Assembly: GCA_036676985.1 (NCBI GenBank)
Contig: JAKFBU010000041.1
Coordinates: 32,001-96,000 of the forward strand
Source: Candidatus Sericytochromatia bacterium
GTDB taxonomy: Bacteria; Cyanobacteriota; Sericytochromatia; S15B-MN24; UBA4093
Direction of reading: 5' to 3'
DNA length: 64,000 nt
In this document: positions 26,194 to 37,500 of the stretch, in pieces
How positions within the stretch are numbered: the first letter of the stretch is position 1
How the letters are laid out: each line of letters starts with the position of its first letter
Position numbers and translations under genes: made by a program
Notes under the pieces: generated by a model
Databases searched by the model: none
Seen by the model: only the letters and a program-made list of their open reading frames with translations
Told to the model about the DNA's origin: nothing

Positions 26194-27222
26194 GTGAAGA
26201 AGCTCGGACTGGTGGCCCTGGGCCTGTTGCTGGTGGCATGCGGGACGAATCAGGTCGGATCGCTCGGGTCCCAGGAGGCCCAGGTCGCGACCCGCGCCGC
26301 GGCGAGCCGGCTGAACGGCGAGCGCGCGCTGGCGCACGTCGCTTACTTGACCGAGCGCAAGCTCGCCGGTCGCATGACGGCCTCCGAGGGCGACGCGCTC
26401 GCCGACGAGTACCTGGTCAAGCACTTCCGCGGCCTGGGGCTCAACGTCACGCTGCAGCCCTTCACGCATCCGCAGTTCCGGGGCACGGCGAACAACGTCA
26501 TCGCCATGCTGCCCGCCCGCGAGAAGACGGACAAGTACGTGGTGGTGGGCGCCCACAAGGACCACCTGGGCCAGCGCGGCGGCAAGATCTATTACGGCGC
26601 CAATGACAACGCCGGCGGCACGGCGGCCGTCATGGAGATCGCCCAGGTGCTCGCCGAAAAGGCCAAGCGCGGCGAGGGCCCCAAGGCCAACGTGCTCTTC
26701 ATGGCCTTCTCGGGTGAGGAGCTGGGGCTGTTGGGCTCGGCCTACTACACGCGCAACCCGATCGTCCCGACCGCGGACGGCAAGGCGAGCGCCATCACCC
26801 TCAAGCAGATCGGCGGCATGGTCAACCTGGACTGCATCGCCGTCGGCAACACCAACACCCTGGGCACGGACGTGGCGGAGCTCGGCGCCCAGTCCACCCG
26901 GTCGCTGCGGGACATCGCCGCGCGGCACGGCATGACCACGGTGTTCGCGCCCTTCAAGGTGCCCCACGGCACCCGCGAGCACGCCCACGAGGAGCTGCCG
27001 CCCGGTGCGTCGAGCGACCACGCGTCCTTCCGGCGCGCGGGCGTCCGGTCCATCTGCTACTACGCGGAGCCCGTCTTCAGCAAGTACCTGCACTCGCCCT
27101 ACGACACGATCCCCGCGCGGGACGAGGTCAAGAAGGCGCCCGCGGACCAGTTCAACATCGACAACCTGGTGCGCATCGGCGGGGTCGGCCTCGAGACGCT
27201 CGAGACCTGGGCCGCCGAGTAG
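26194..27222 (+). CDS. M28 family metallopeptidase lipoprotein
   Basis: Lipobox LVAC; GAHKDHLG, GANDNAGG, GEELGLLGS, NLDCI, SDHASF, LHSPYD. Confidence 0.92.
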   Translation: MKKLGLVALGLLLVACGTNQVGSLGSQEAQVATRAAASRLNGERALAHVAYLTERKLAGRMTASEGDALADEYLVKHFRGLGLNVTLQPFTHPQFRGTANNVIAMLPAREKTDKYVVVGAHKDHLGQRGGKIYYGANDNAGGTAAVMEIAQVLAEKAKRGEGPKANVLFMAFSGEELGLLGSAYYTRNPIVPTADGKASAITLKQIGGMVNLDCIAVGNTNTLGTDVAELGAQSTRSLRDIAARHGMTTVFAPFKVPHGTREHAHEELPPGASSDHASFRRAGVRSICYYAEPVFSKYLHSPYDTIPARDEVKKAPADQFNIDNLVRIGGVGLETLETWAAE

Positions 27223-27234
27223 GCGACATGACGT

Positions 27235-27271
27235 CGAACCGCCCCCCAAACGGGGGGCGGTTCGCTCTTTC
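27235..27271 (+). terminator. Rho-independent terminator
   Basis: CGAACCGCCCCCC/GGGGGGCGGTTCG stem followed by CTCTTT. Confidence 0.75.
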
Positions 27272-27288
27272 GGGGTGGTTCGAGAGGG

Positions 27289-28014
27289 CTAGAAGGCGTA
27301 GCTCACGCCGAGGTTGGGGCTGAAGGTCCAGGTGCTGCCCGCAGCCCCCGATGTCCAGAGGGCCGCGGCGTTGAGGTCGAGGGTCATCTTCTCGACCAGG
27401 GGCAGGATGAGGCTCGCCCGCACCCCGCCGTTGGCGTAACCGCCGAGAGGGTAGTTCACGAACTGCTCCTCGTAACCCGTCACGCCGCCCATGGGCAGGG
27501 TAAAGTTGACGTTGGCGGTCGTCCAGTCGGTGGAGCTGGTGACGCCCCGGGCGTAGCCGAGGTTCACGCTCGAGGTGACGGGCCCCGTCGCGAAGTCCGC
27601 GACGGCCAGGAAGCCGGGCACCACCTCCGAGAGCGACTGCACGCCCGGCACCGTCACCCCGGCCACCACGGCGGTCTTGAGCCAGTCGCCGCCCATCGGC
27701 AGCTGGGTCCGCACCCAGGGATAGACCGTTTCGAGGGACGTGCGGCCGGACGGATCGCCGAGCGCCGAGAAGCTGAGGCCGCTGCCGATCCCGAGCTCCA
27801 CGCCGTCCGCGATGCCCGTGACCACGTTCAGGGTGGGCGCCGTCACGGCGTTGCCCGGAAACACGGCGTTGAGGCGCATGTCGATGAGGGAGGTGCCCTT
27901 GGCGACGGGCACCGCGCCGACCCCGTCGCTCCCCCCGAATACAGACACGGAGCTCGCAAGGGCAGGGGCAGCCGGCAGGAGGGCCATCAGGCCCGCCAGA
28001 AAGAGGCGCTTCAT
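27289..28014 (-). CDS. Outer-membrane beta-barrel protein
   Basis: Signal peptide (APALA); alternating strands; C-terminal LGVSYAF BAM signal. Confidence 0.75.
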   Translation of the reverse strand: MKRLFLAGLMALLPAAPALASSVSVFGGSDGVGAVPVAKGTSLIDMRLNAVFPGNAVTAPTLNVVTGIADGVELGIGSGLSFSALGDPSGRTSLETVYPWVRTQLPMGGDWLKTAVVAGVTVPGVQSLSEVVPGFLAVADFATGPVTSSVNLGYARGVTSSTDWTTANVNFTLPMGGVTGYEEQFVNYPLGGYANGGVRASLILPLVEKMTLDLNAAALWTSGAAGSTWTFSPNLGVSYAF

Positions 28015-28036
28015 GGGTGTTCGTTCCTTTCGTGGA

Positions 28037-30400
28037 CTAGCGAGGAAGCAGGGGGACGCTCGGCTCGATGGCGATACGGATCTCGCGGGCGGACTCCCGG
28101 GAGGTGTCCCGGAAGAACGAGAGGGCCTGCATGAGGCTCTGGGCCTGGCGCTCCAGGTCGCCCGCCGCCGAGGCGATCTGGTGGGTGGTCTGGGCCGCCT
28201 CCTGGGCGCTGCGGTGCATGGTGTCCACCGCGCCCACGATGAGGTCTCCGCCCGCGCGTTGCTCGACGGTCGCCGTCGAGACCTGGTGGGTCATGCGGTT
28301 CATGACCTCGACGGCCCGGACGATGTGCTCGCTGCCCGTCGACAGCTCCCGGATGGCGCCCGTGACCTCGCGGGTCAGCAGGGCCATGCGATCGCTCGCC
28401 GACAGGATCTGGTCGACGGCCCCCGTCTGCTCGCGGACGGCGAGCTCGATATGGCCCACCTGCGAGGTGGCCTGATCCACGGCCGTCACGATCTCGTCGA
28501 GCGCGCGGCCCGCGTTCTGCGCGAGGGTCATGCCGGCCCGGATGGCGTCCTCCCCCTCGCGGGTGCTGCGGACGGTCGCCTGGGTCTCGTCCTGGATGGC
28601 CTTCAGGAGGTCGGCGATCTCCCGGGTGGCCTTGGCGGAGCGCTCGGCGAGCTTTCTCACCTCGTCGGCGACCACCGCGAAGCCCCTGCCCGCCTCCCCG
28701 GCCCGTGCGGCCTCGATGGCCGCGTTGAGGGCCAGCAGGTTCGTCTGCTCGGCGATGTCGTCGATGACGGCGATGATCGAGCCGATCTCGGCCGTGCTCT
28801 TGCCGAGCCCCTGGATCGAGGCCACGACCGTGCCCATGACCTGGTTGATCCGCTCCATGCCCTGGACGGTCTGCTCGACGGCCTGGCTGCCGCGGCCGGC
28901 GGCGTGGGTGGCCTGCTCGGTGGCCTGGTTCGCCGTCGTCACGTTGACGGCCACCTGCTTGAGGCTCGCGGCCAGCTGCCCGATGCTCGTGGCCGTGACC
29001 TCGGCGGAGGCCGCCAGGCCGTCGGCGTTGCCCGCCGCCTGGCGGAGGCTCATGATCATCTGCTCGATGGACGAGGAGGTCTGCTCGACGCTCGTCGACA
29101 GGGCCTCGGCGTTGCCCGCCACCTGCTGGATGCTCGCGGCCATCTCCTCGATGGACGAGGACGTCTCGCCGGCGGTCGAGGCCTGTGACTGGGCGAGCCG
29201 CGCCAGGTGCTCGGTGCTCGGCCGGATCTGCTCGGCCGACGAGGCGACCACGTGTGCCGACGAGGCGATCTGGCCCGTGATCTCGCGCAGCCGGGCGTCC
29301 ATGGCGTTCATGGCCGTGAGCAGCTGGCCGATCTCGTCGCTGGAGTCCACCTGGACGGTGTCGCCGAGTTGGCCGTCGCGGAGCTGGTTGGCCATGCGCA
29401 CCGCCCCCCGCAGGGGCAAGGTGATGCTCCGGATGATGAAGACGATGAGGCCGACCGCGAGCACGAGCACCAGGAGGATGCTGCTCAGCGTCAGGATCTT
29501 GCTCTGGTTGAACTTGTCGACGCGCTTGACGAGCAGGGTGTCGAGCGCGGGCGAGGTGGCGTCGTACAGGGCGAAGCTACCCTCGGACGCGCCGTCGAAG
29601 GCCCGCTCGAAGTCCATGGGCGCGAGCGCCACCCGCTCGGACTTGGTCAGGCGCTCGTCCACGAGCTTCAAGAGGGCCTCCGTGCGCTCCGTGTTGGCGC
29701 GCTGGGAAGAGGAGAGGATGGGCTCGAGGGTGGCGTTGTTGGCGTAGGCCACGCGGTAGGACTCGTTCAAGAGGCCGAGGTTGGACTTGATGAGCCCGTT
29801 CAGCACCACCAGCAGGGTGCGGTCCTCGGCGGTCATGGCGCCCTTGGCGAGGATGCCCGCCACGTGGGCCTCGAACTGTCCGAGCAGGTCGGCGGAGGTG
29901 GGCAGCTTCAGGAGGACGGCGTCCATCAGGTAGTAGCTGTCGAGGTCCGGATCCAGGATCAGGTTGGAGTAGTTGCCCACCGTGGCGTTGAGGGCCAAGA
30001 GGGGGGCGCTGAGGGCCACCGGACCGTTCTGGCTCTTGGCGGCCTCGATGGCCTTCTTGACCTCCGCGAAGTCCTTGGCCGTCTTGAGGGGGCCGGACAG
30101 GCGGCCCTCCACGGCGGAGACCTTTTCGAAGGCGGTCGCGAGCTCAGCGCCCCGGCCCGCCACCAGGGCCCGGGCAGCCGGATCGCGGCGCGCCGCGTTG
30201 ACGGCCTGACCGTAGTCCAGGCTGCGCTCGAAGACGTCCATGAGCGGCACGAGGTACTCGACCCCGAGGCGCTCCTTGGTGCCGAAGTCGATGGCGATGT
30301 TCTTCTCCTGGACGAGGAGTTGAATGCCCACGATGAACGGCACGAACAGCGACAGGGCGATGAGCGTCAGTTTCTGCCAGATCTTCAGTTTCCGTAGCAT
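28037..30400 (-). CDS. Methyl-accepting chemotaxis protein (2 TM, HAMP, extended methylation helices)
   Basis: [11 protein letters not shown] sensor motif; DEIGQL HAMP; [37 protein letters not shown]. Confidence 0.96.
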   Translation of the reverse strand: MLRKLKIWQKLTLIALSLFVPFIVGIQLLVQEKNIAIDFGTKERLGVEYLVPLMDVFERSLDYGQAVNAARRDPAARALVAGRGAELATAFEKVSAVEGRLSGPLKTAKDFAEVKKAIEAAKSQNGPVALSAPLLALNATVGNYSNLILDPDLDSYYLMDAVLLKLPTSADLLGQFEAHVAGILAKGAMTAEDRTLLVVLNGLIKSNLGLLNESYRVAYANNATLEPILSSSQRANTERTEALLKLVDERLTKSERVALAPMDFERAFDGASEGSFALYDATSPALDTLLVKRVDKFNQSKILTLSSILLVLVLAVGLIVFIIRSITLPLRGAVRMANQLRDGQLGDTVQVDSSDEIGQLLTAMNAMDARLREITGQIASSAHVVASSAEQIRPSTEHLARLAQSQASTAGETSSSIEEMAASIQQVAGNAEALSTSVEQTSSSIEQMIMSLRQAAGNADGLAASAEVTATSIGQLAASLKQVAVNVTTANQATEQATHAAGRGSQAVEQTVQGMERINQVMGTVVASIQGLGKSTAEIGSIIAVIDDIAEQTNLLALNAAIEAARAGEAGRGFAVVADEVRKLAERSAKATREIADLLKAIQDETQATVRSTREGEDAIRAGMTLAQNAGRALDEIVTAVDQATSQVGHIELAVREQTGAVDQILSASDRMALLTREVTGAIRELSTGSEHIVRAVEVMNRMTHQVSTATVEQRAGGDLIVGAVDTMHRSAQEAAQTTHQIASAAGDLERQAQSLMQALSFFRDTSRESAREIRIAIEPSVPLLPR

Positions 30401-30590
30401 GCAGCAGCCTTCCTTGTACTTCGAACGAGACGAACGTTAAGTATTACAGAAAGTAACCAAGCTTTACTGAAGATCACCTGAAGATCCAAGAGCCTCACGG
30501 AAGCCCCCACTTCCATAAGCAAACCGTGAAGAAATATTGCTCATGCGGTAGAATCGAGGGTGACGCCGAAACCTTCAGGAAGGGGGAACG

Positions 30591-31889
30591 ATGCCGGTGC
30601 GCCAGCTCTTGGGTCGCAAGGTCGTGGTGGTCGACGGGAGTCGCACGCCGTTCTTGCGATCGCAAACCGCGTTTGCGGACCTCATGGCCTATCAACTGGG
30701 GGCGATCGCCGTCTCGGGCCTGTTGCAGAAGACGGGCCTGGACCCCGCCCTGGTGGACCGGCTCATCATGGGGACGGTCATTGCGGAGCCCCGGACCTCC
30801 AACCTGGCGCGCGAGGTGGCCCTCGCTTCGGGCCTGCCCGAGACGCTGCCCGCCTACACCGTGACGGCGGCCTGCACCAGCGCCAACGTGGCCATCTCGA
30901 ACGCGGTGGAGGCGATCGCCGTGGGCATGGCGGACGTGGTCATCGCGGGCGGCGCCGAGATCCTCTCGGACGTGCCCATCCGCTTCAGCCGCCCGGTGCG
31001 CCAGCGGCTCATCGCCGCCCAGAAGGCCAAGGGCCCGGGCGACTACGTCAAGCTCCTGGGCGGCCTCAAGCCCACCGACATCCTGCCGGACACCCCCGCC
31101 ATCGCCGAGTTCTCGACGGGCCTCACCATGGGCCAGAGCGCCGAGCGCCTCGTCAAGCGCACGGGCGTCACCCGCGAGGAGCAGGACGCCTACGCGCTCG
31201 CCTCGCACCAGCGCGCCGCCAAGGCCACCGAGTCGGGCCTCCTCAAGGGCCAGATCACCCCGGCCATGGTGCCGCCCGGCTTCCAGCCCATCACGGCCGA
31301 CAACGGCGTGCGCGGCGACTCCACCCTGGAGAAGCTCGCGAGCCTGCCGCCGGTCTTCGACCGCCAGTTCGGCTCGGTGACGGCCGGCAACAGCTCGTTT
31401 TTGACCGACGGGGCGGCTGTGGTCCTCCTCATGAGCGAGGAGCGCGCCCGGGAGCTCGGCTACGAGCCGCTCGCGACCATCGTCGGCTACGCCATGGTGG
31501 CAGGCGAGCCCATCGAGGAGCTCCTGGCGGGCCCGTCCATCGCCATCCCCCAGGCCCTCGACCAGGTCGGCGTCGGCCTGGATCAGGTGGGCGTGGTGGA
31601 GCTGCACGAGGCCTTCGCCGGCCAGATGGTCGCCAACCTCAAGCTCCTGGCAGATCCCGCCTATGCCCGCGAGCGGCTCGGCCGCGATCGGGCCGTCGGC
31701 GAGGTCGATCCCGCCAAGCTGAACGCCTGGGGCGGCTCGCTATCCATCGGCCATCCCTTCGGGGCCACCGGCGCCCGCCTCGTCACCACGGCCGCCCAGC
31801 GCATGCGCCACGAGGACGCCGAGTTCGGCCTGGTCTCGGCTTGTGCGGCGGGTGCCCTCGGCCATGCCCTCGTGCTGCAGCGCGCCTGA
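30591..31889 (+). CDS. fadI: 3-ketoacyl-CoA thiolase, FadI/TFE-beta type
   Basis: RTPF, ACTS, HEAFA, GGSLSIGHPFGATG, SACAAG. Confidence 0.9.
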   Translation: MPVRQLLGRKVVVVDGSRTPFLRSQTAFADLMAYQLGAIAVSGLLQKTGLDPALVDRLIMGTVIAEPRTSNLAREVALASGLPETLPAYTVTAACTSANVAISNAVEAIAVGMADVVIAGGAEILSDVPIRFSRPVRQRLIAAQKAKGPGDYVKLLGGLKPTDILPDTPAIAEFSTGLTMGQSAERLVKRTGVTREEQDAYALASHQRAAKATESGLLKGQITPAMVPPGFQPITADNGVRGDSTLEKLASLPPVFDRQFGSVTAGNSSFLTDGAAVVLLMSEERARELGYEPLATIVGYAMVAGEPIEELLAGPSIAIPQALDQVGVGLDQVGVVELHEAFAGQMVANLKLLADPAYARERLGRDRAVGEVDPAKLNAWGGSLSIGHPFGATGARLVTTAAQRMRHEDAEFGLVSACAAGALGHALVLQRA

Positions 31890-31902
31890 TAGGAGAATGC
31901 CC

Positions 31903-34047
31903 ATGGAAGCCATGACGTTGCACAAGCGGCCGGACGGCGTCGCCGTGCTGCAGTTCGACACGCCCGACAGCCCCGTCAACATCCTCTCGAGCCGGTTCTT
32001 CGCCGAGTTCGCCCGTCACCTGGACGACATCGAGCAGGACCCGGCCGTCGTGGCCTGCGTGCTCGCGAGCGGCAAGAAGGACTTCATCGCGGGCGCCGAC
32101 TTGCAGGAGTTCGCGGGCATCACCGACCCGCAGGCCGCCTCCGAGATCTCGCGGGTCGGCCACCAGCTACTCGATCGCATCGAGGGCAGCCGCAAGCCCT
32201 TCGTGGCGGCCATCCACGGCGCGGCCCTGGGCGGCGGCCTCGAGGTCGCGCTCGCCTGCCACTACCGGCTCGCGAGCGACGCGCCCAAGACCGTGCTCGC
32301 CCTGCCCGAGGTCATGCTCGGCCTCTTGCCCGCCGGCGGCGGCACCCAGCGCCTGCCACGGCTCATCGGCCTGGAGCGGGCCCTGCCCATGCTCCTCACC
32401 GGCCAGCGCCTCCGGGCCAAGAAGGCCTACCGCTACGGCCTGGTCGACGCCCTGACCTCGCCCTTCGGGCTCGTCGAGACGGCCGCCAAGGCCGCCCTCA
32501 TGCTCGCGAGCGGCAAGCTCAAGCCCAACCGCGACAAGAAGCCCCCCTCCGAGCGGCTGCTCGGCTTCGGCCCCGCGCGCACCCTCGCTATCGGCAAGGC
32601 CCGCGAGGAGGTCATGCGCAAGACCGGCGGCCGGTACCCGGCGCCGCTCGCCATCCTGGAGTGCGTGACGGCGGGCCTGGACCACGGCTTCAAGACGGGG
32701 GCGGCCAAGGAGACGGAGCTCTTCGGGCGGCTCGTGACGAGCCCCGAGTCCAAGCAGCTCATCTGGATCTTCACGGCCACCAACGAGCTCAAGAAGCTCC
32801 CCGCCGAGCCCGCGCCCCGTCCGGTCCACAAGCTCGCGGTGCTCGGAGCGGGCCTCATGGGCGAGGGCATCGCCAGCGTCTCCATGGGCCTCAACCCGGT
32901 GGTCCTCAAGGACGTCTCCAACGACACCCTGGCCCGAGCCGCCAAGAACATCCACAAGAGCCTCGACAAGCGGGTGCGCGCGGGATCGCTGACGGACGTG
33001 GAGCGATCGCGCCAGTGGTACCACCTGCAGTTCACCACCGAGCCGCAGGCGATCGCGGGCGCGGACATGGTCATCGAGGCGGTCTTCGAGCAGTTGGAGC
33101 TCAAGCGCCGGGTGCTCGCCGAGACCGAGGCCGTCCTCGCGCCCGACGCGGTCTTCGCCTCCAACACCTCGGCCCTGCCCATCGGGGCGATCGCCGCCGA
33201 GGCCCGGCACCCCGAGCGGGTGCTCGGCATGCACTACTTCTCTCCGGTGCCCAAGATGCCCTTGCTGGAGCTCGTCGTCACGCCCCGGACGGCTCCGTGG
33301 GCGATCGCCACCGCCCAGGCCTACGGCATCGCCCAGGGCAAGACGGTCATCGTGGTCCAGGACGGCCCGGGCTTCTACACCACGCGCATCCTGGCGCCCT
33401 ACCTCAACGAGGCCATGCGCCTCATCGAGGAGGGAGCGGAGATCAAGGCCCTGGACCGGGCGCTCAAGGACTTCGGCTTTCCGGTGGGGCCGGTGGCGCT
33501 GGTGGACGAGGTCGGCATCGACGTGGGCGCGCACGTGGCCCGGGACCTGGGCAAGGCCTTCGAGAGCCGCGGGCTCGGCGCCTCCGAGACCTACGTCAAG
33601 GTGTACGAGGCGGGGTACCTGGGCCGAAAGAACGGCAAGGGCTTCTACCGCTACGAGGGGACGAGCGGAAAGGGCGGCAAGGAGGTCAACACCGACATCT
33701 ACGCCTTCTTCGGCGGCCCCGAGCGCAAGACCCTGCATGCCCAGGACATGGTGGACCGCCTGGTCCTCCTGATGGTGAACGAGGCGGCCTACTGCCTGCA
33801 GGAGGGCATCGTCTCTTCGGCCCGGGACGCCGACATCGGGGCCATCATGGGGCTAGGCTTCCCGCCCTTTTTGGGCGGCCCGCTGCACTACGTGGATACG
33901 CGCGGCATCCAGAAGGTCGTCGAGCGCCTGGACGACCTGGCGAAGCTGCACGGCCCGCGCTTCAACCCGGCGCCCTTGCTGGTGCAGATGGCCAAGGAGG
34001 GCAAGCGGTTCTACGAGGCCACAGCACGGGTGGCCGAGCCGGTCTGA
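31903..34047 (+). CDS. fadJ: Fatty acid oxidation complex alpha subunit (enoyl-CoA hydratase/3-hydroxyacyl-CoA dehydrogenase)
   Basis: FIAGAD, ALGGGLE, LPEV.LGL.P..GGTQRLPRL, GAGLMG, ASNTS, MHYFSPV. Confidence 0.92.
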   Translation: MEAMTLHKRPDGVAVLQFDTPDSPVNILSSRFFAEFARHLDDIEQDPAVVACVLASGKKDFIAGADLQEFAGITDPQAASEISRVGHQLLDRIEGSRKPFVAAIHGAALGGGLEVALACHYRLASDAPKTVLALPEVMLGLLPAGGGTQRLPRLIGLERALPMLLTGQRLRAKKAYRYGLVDALTSPFGLVETAAKAALMLASGKLKPNRDKKPPSERLLGFGPARTLAIGKAREEVMRKTGGRYPAPLAILECVTAGLDHGFKTGAAKETELFGRLVTSPESKQLIWIFTATNELKKLPAEPAPRPVHKLAVLGAGLMGEGIASVSMGLNPVVLKDVSNDTLARAAKNIHKSLDKRVRAGSLTDVERSRQWYHLQFTTEPQAIAGADMVIEAVFEQLELKRRVLAETEAVLAPDAVFASNTSALPIGAIAAEARHPERVLGMHYFSPVPKMPLLELVVTPRTAPWAIATAQAYGIAQGKTVIVVQDGPGFYTTRILAPYLNEAMRLIEEGAEIKALDRALKDFGFPVGPVALVDEVGIDVGAHVARDLGKAFESRGLGASETYVKVYEAGYLGRKNGKGFYRYEGTSGKGGKEVNTDIYAFFGGPERKTLHAQDMVDRLVLLMVNEAAYCLQEGIVSSARDADIGAIMGLGFPPFLGGPLHYVDTRGIQKVVERLDDLAKLHGPRFNPAPLLVQMAKEGKRFYEATARVAEPV

Positions 34048-34071
34048 GGGGCCGCTGCCTGACGTCGCTCG

Positions 34072-34533
34072 TCAGGGCAGCTCTCCGCCCGACGGATCGC
34101 TTCCGGTGTCGCCGGGCGTGCCCGGTTCGCCGGGCTCGGTGCCGGTCCCCGGCTCGTTATCGCCCCCTCCGGGATCGGCGGGGTCCACCGAGCCGCCGCC
34201 CGGATCGTCGCCCTCCGTCTCATCGAGGAACCCGTCTCCGCCGGACCCCGACCCTCCGGAGCCCGTGGACCCGCCGGCAGGGGTCCGCTGGGGGGTGGGC
34301 GTGAACGTCAGCTCGGGCGGCGGTGGAGTGCTGCCGCCGCCGGACCAATCGTCGTTCGAGCCGGTCCCGTCGCCCGGATCGAGGGAACCCGCGGGATCCC
34401 CACCGTCCGGCGTCGCCTTGGCAGCGGGGGCGGACTTGACGGTCCGGGCCGTCACGAGCCCCTCCGGATCGTCACATCCCATGAGGCCCAGGGTGATGAG
34501 GCACAAGAGCACGCCGAGTATCAGCCGTCGCAT
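34072..34533 (-). CDS. Low-complexity Gly/Asp/Pro-rich lipoprotein
   Basis: Lipobox LMGC; GGAGG RBS; last gene of the surface-protein operon. Confidence 0.7.
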   Translation of the reverse strand: MRRLILGVLLCLITLGLMGCDDPEGLVTARTVKSAPAAKATPDGGDPAGSLDPGDGTGSNDDWSGGGSTPPPPELTFTPTPQRTPAGGSTGSGGSGSGGDGFLDETEGDDPGGGSVDPADPGGGDNEPGTGTEPGEPGTPGDTGSDPSGGELP

Positions 34534-34549
34534 GGGGGGCATCCTCCGG

Positions 34550-37500
34550 CTAATTCGCCGTGTAACTGGTGCCGTTGTTGAGCGTGAAGCTCGGCACGTC
34601 GGGCACTCCGTCGCTGGGTTTGGTTCCGAACTTGCGCCAGTGGTCGGTGTCGGCGCTGTAGTACAGCAGCCAGTACTGCTGGCCGTAGACGAGGCTCACG
34701 GTGGCGGCCCCCGTCGTCGTGCTGGTGACGCCGCTGAGGTACCAGCCGCTGCTCGGATTGGGCGTGATCGTCGCCGTGCGGGTCCGCAGCGTCAGGGCCG
34801 AGGTGCCCGCGTCGTAGGTCGCGAAGTTGGTCTCGGGATCGATCGTGACGCTTCCGTTGGTCTCGATCCAGAACCGGTTGGTGCCCCCGTAGGTGTAGAA
34901 ATAGCCCTGCACCCGCCGTGACGCGCTCGTGACCAGCTCGAACGCGTTCTCGTTCTTGACCCAGGGCGTGTAGTTCTCGACCTCCGGGTCGTCCGAGGTG
35001 TGCCGACCGGCGTAGGTGATCCGGTAGTTCCCGATGTAGCCATTGGGCTTGATGGTTACGGTCTTGGTGCTCCAGACGAGCGCCCCGCCCGAGACCGAGA
35101 CGTACTTGGCCCCCGGATAGACCACGATCCCCGTGTCCTTGAGCTCCACCCAGTCGTTCCAGCTCTCGTTGTCGTAGAGGCGGATGGCCCAGCGCTGGTT
35201 CTTGATGACCTTCACCGAGGCCGTCCCGACCCGCCACTCGGACTCGATATCCATGTAGAGGGCGTACCAGATGCCGGCCTTGTTGCCGGGGTTCACGCTG
35301 ACGTCACCCGTGATGTAGGTGAGCGTCGGGGTGGCCGTGCCTCCCGAGGCGGTGACCATGCCCGTGCTGTTCGACTGCACCGCCACGCTGCCGTCGGCCT
35401 TGACGTCGAACCACATGTAGTCGTAGTTGGCGTAAGTGTAGACGTAATAGCTCGTCCCCTTGAGGGCGAACACGTCGATCTGGTCCCGCTGGCCGTTCCA
35501 GGTCTCGGTCCATCCGGCGACCGTCAGGTACGGACTGTAAAGGTAGGTCTTGACCCCGTTCGGCTTGATGGCGACCTTCGCGACGCTGAAGTTGAGGGCG
35601 TCCGTGGCGCCGGTCGCGGCGCTGAACGTGCCGTTCAGCCCCTGGCCATAGGTGTTCTTGATGGTCACGGTCCCGGTGGACCCGAAGTTGATGAGCACCC
35701 AGCCCACGGGCCAGAGATAGACGCGGTAGTCGTTGTTGGTGGCCAGCACGAAGCTCTGGTCTCCGCTGCCGCTGAAGAAGCCGCTCAGCTGCCAGTTGCC
35801 GTAGTAGCCGTTGGTCCTGACGTTCAGGCGACGCGTGGCGACCGTGATCGTGGGGGTGGCGGTCCCTCCGGAAGCCGTGGCCCGCGCGACGCCCTCGGCC
35901 GGAACGATCGTGACGGCCCCGTCGGTGCCCACGTCGAACAGGATGGCGTAGCTCGCTCCGTAGAGGTTGAGGCGATAACGGCCCCCCTTCACCAGCGGCA
36001 GCGTCTCGTCGACCTTTCGCCAGCCCGTGAAGCCCGAGATCACCCACTGGTTCTCGTAGGCCCCCAGGACGAACTTCACGTTGGCGACGTTGAGCCCGAG
36101 GCTCGCAGCGCCGCCCGTTGCCCGGCCGTCCAGTGAGGCCACGTTACCGGCGGCGTCGATGGAGAAGCGGACGGGGAGCCCCCAGAGCCCGTTGGTGCCG
36201 TAGAGGCCGTTGACGGTGAGCCCCCCGCGGTTGTTCTTGAGCAGGGTGACCGTCTGGCTGCCGTAAATCCAGTTGGTCACGCCCGAGATGCTCCAGGCCT
36301 GCTGCGCCTGGTTGGGGTTGACGGCGACGTCCACCGTGTTGAAGGTAAGGGTGTTGGTGCCGCCGGTCGCCGAGCCGTCGCACGTGACCTTGCCATCCGA
36401 GCCGACCGTGAACATGAAGGAGTCGAAGTAGCCGTTGATCACCATCTGGTAGGTGCGGCCTCGGTTGAGTGCCAGGGTCTCGGGGCCGTTGGCCCATGTG
36501 TTCACGCCGGGGATGTACCAGCTGCCCCGGAAGGTGCCGGAGTTGATGGTCACGTTGGTGGTCGGGACCGTGAAGCCGAGCTCGCCCGTGGTCCGCAGGA
36601 CCCCGTCCCCCAGGTCGGTGGTGACCCAGACCTTGCCGGTGGCGGCGCCCGCGGGCACGCCCACCACCAGGCGGGTGGCCGTGGCATGGTAGACGCTCGC
36701 CCGCGCCCCCTGGAAGTAGACGTAGTTGCGGCTGGGGATCGCCACGAAGCCGCGGCCGGCGAGCGTGATCATGGTGCCGACCGCCGCGTTGCTGCTGCTC
36801 AGCGACGTGAGGGTGGGCGTGAGCTGGTCGACGCTCTCGACCGGATCCAGGTCGTCATCGAGGACGGCGAGGAGGTTGCTCGCCATGGCCCGGATCTCGT
36901 CGTCCTTGTGGTTGGTGAAGGTGACGGCCTCGTTGAGATAGGCCGGATCGCTGGTCGCGACGACCTTCCCGATGGTGGCCGAAGGCGGGACGTTGACCGG
37001 ATCGAGGGCCGACAACAGCGCCACGGCCGTCGTCAGGGAGTTGAGGACCACCGAGCCGGAGGTCGTGGAGTTGGTGATGCTGAGCCAGCCGCTGCCGCTC
37101 CAGCGGAGGATGGTCCTGAGGCGCACGACGGCATTGCCCTGAACCTCTCCGGTCTTGCCGTGGGCGGACTCGAGGACGTAGTGGCCGTTGAGGGCGGGTG
37201 CGAAGGGCACGGTGAGCGAAAAGGCCCCGCGCGCGTCGGTCACGCCGGACGCCAGGACGCTGCCGCCCGCATCGAGCAGCGTGACGGTCGCCGAGTCCAG
37301 GACCGTCCCCACGGTGGCCTGGATCCGGTATCCCTGGCCCGCCGTCGCCGGGCCCAGGTGCGTGCGGCCCGCGAGCGTCACGGAGTGGACCGGCACGGGA
37401 GGCGGCTCGGACGTGTCCGCCAGGAGGGAGCGGGACAGGGTGGCCTGGTCCGGCAGGCCGAGCTTGCGTGCGGCATCGGCTGCAGCCTGCTCGGCCAGCT

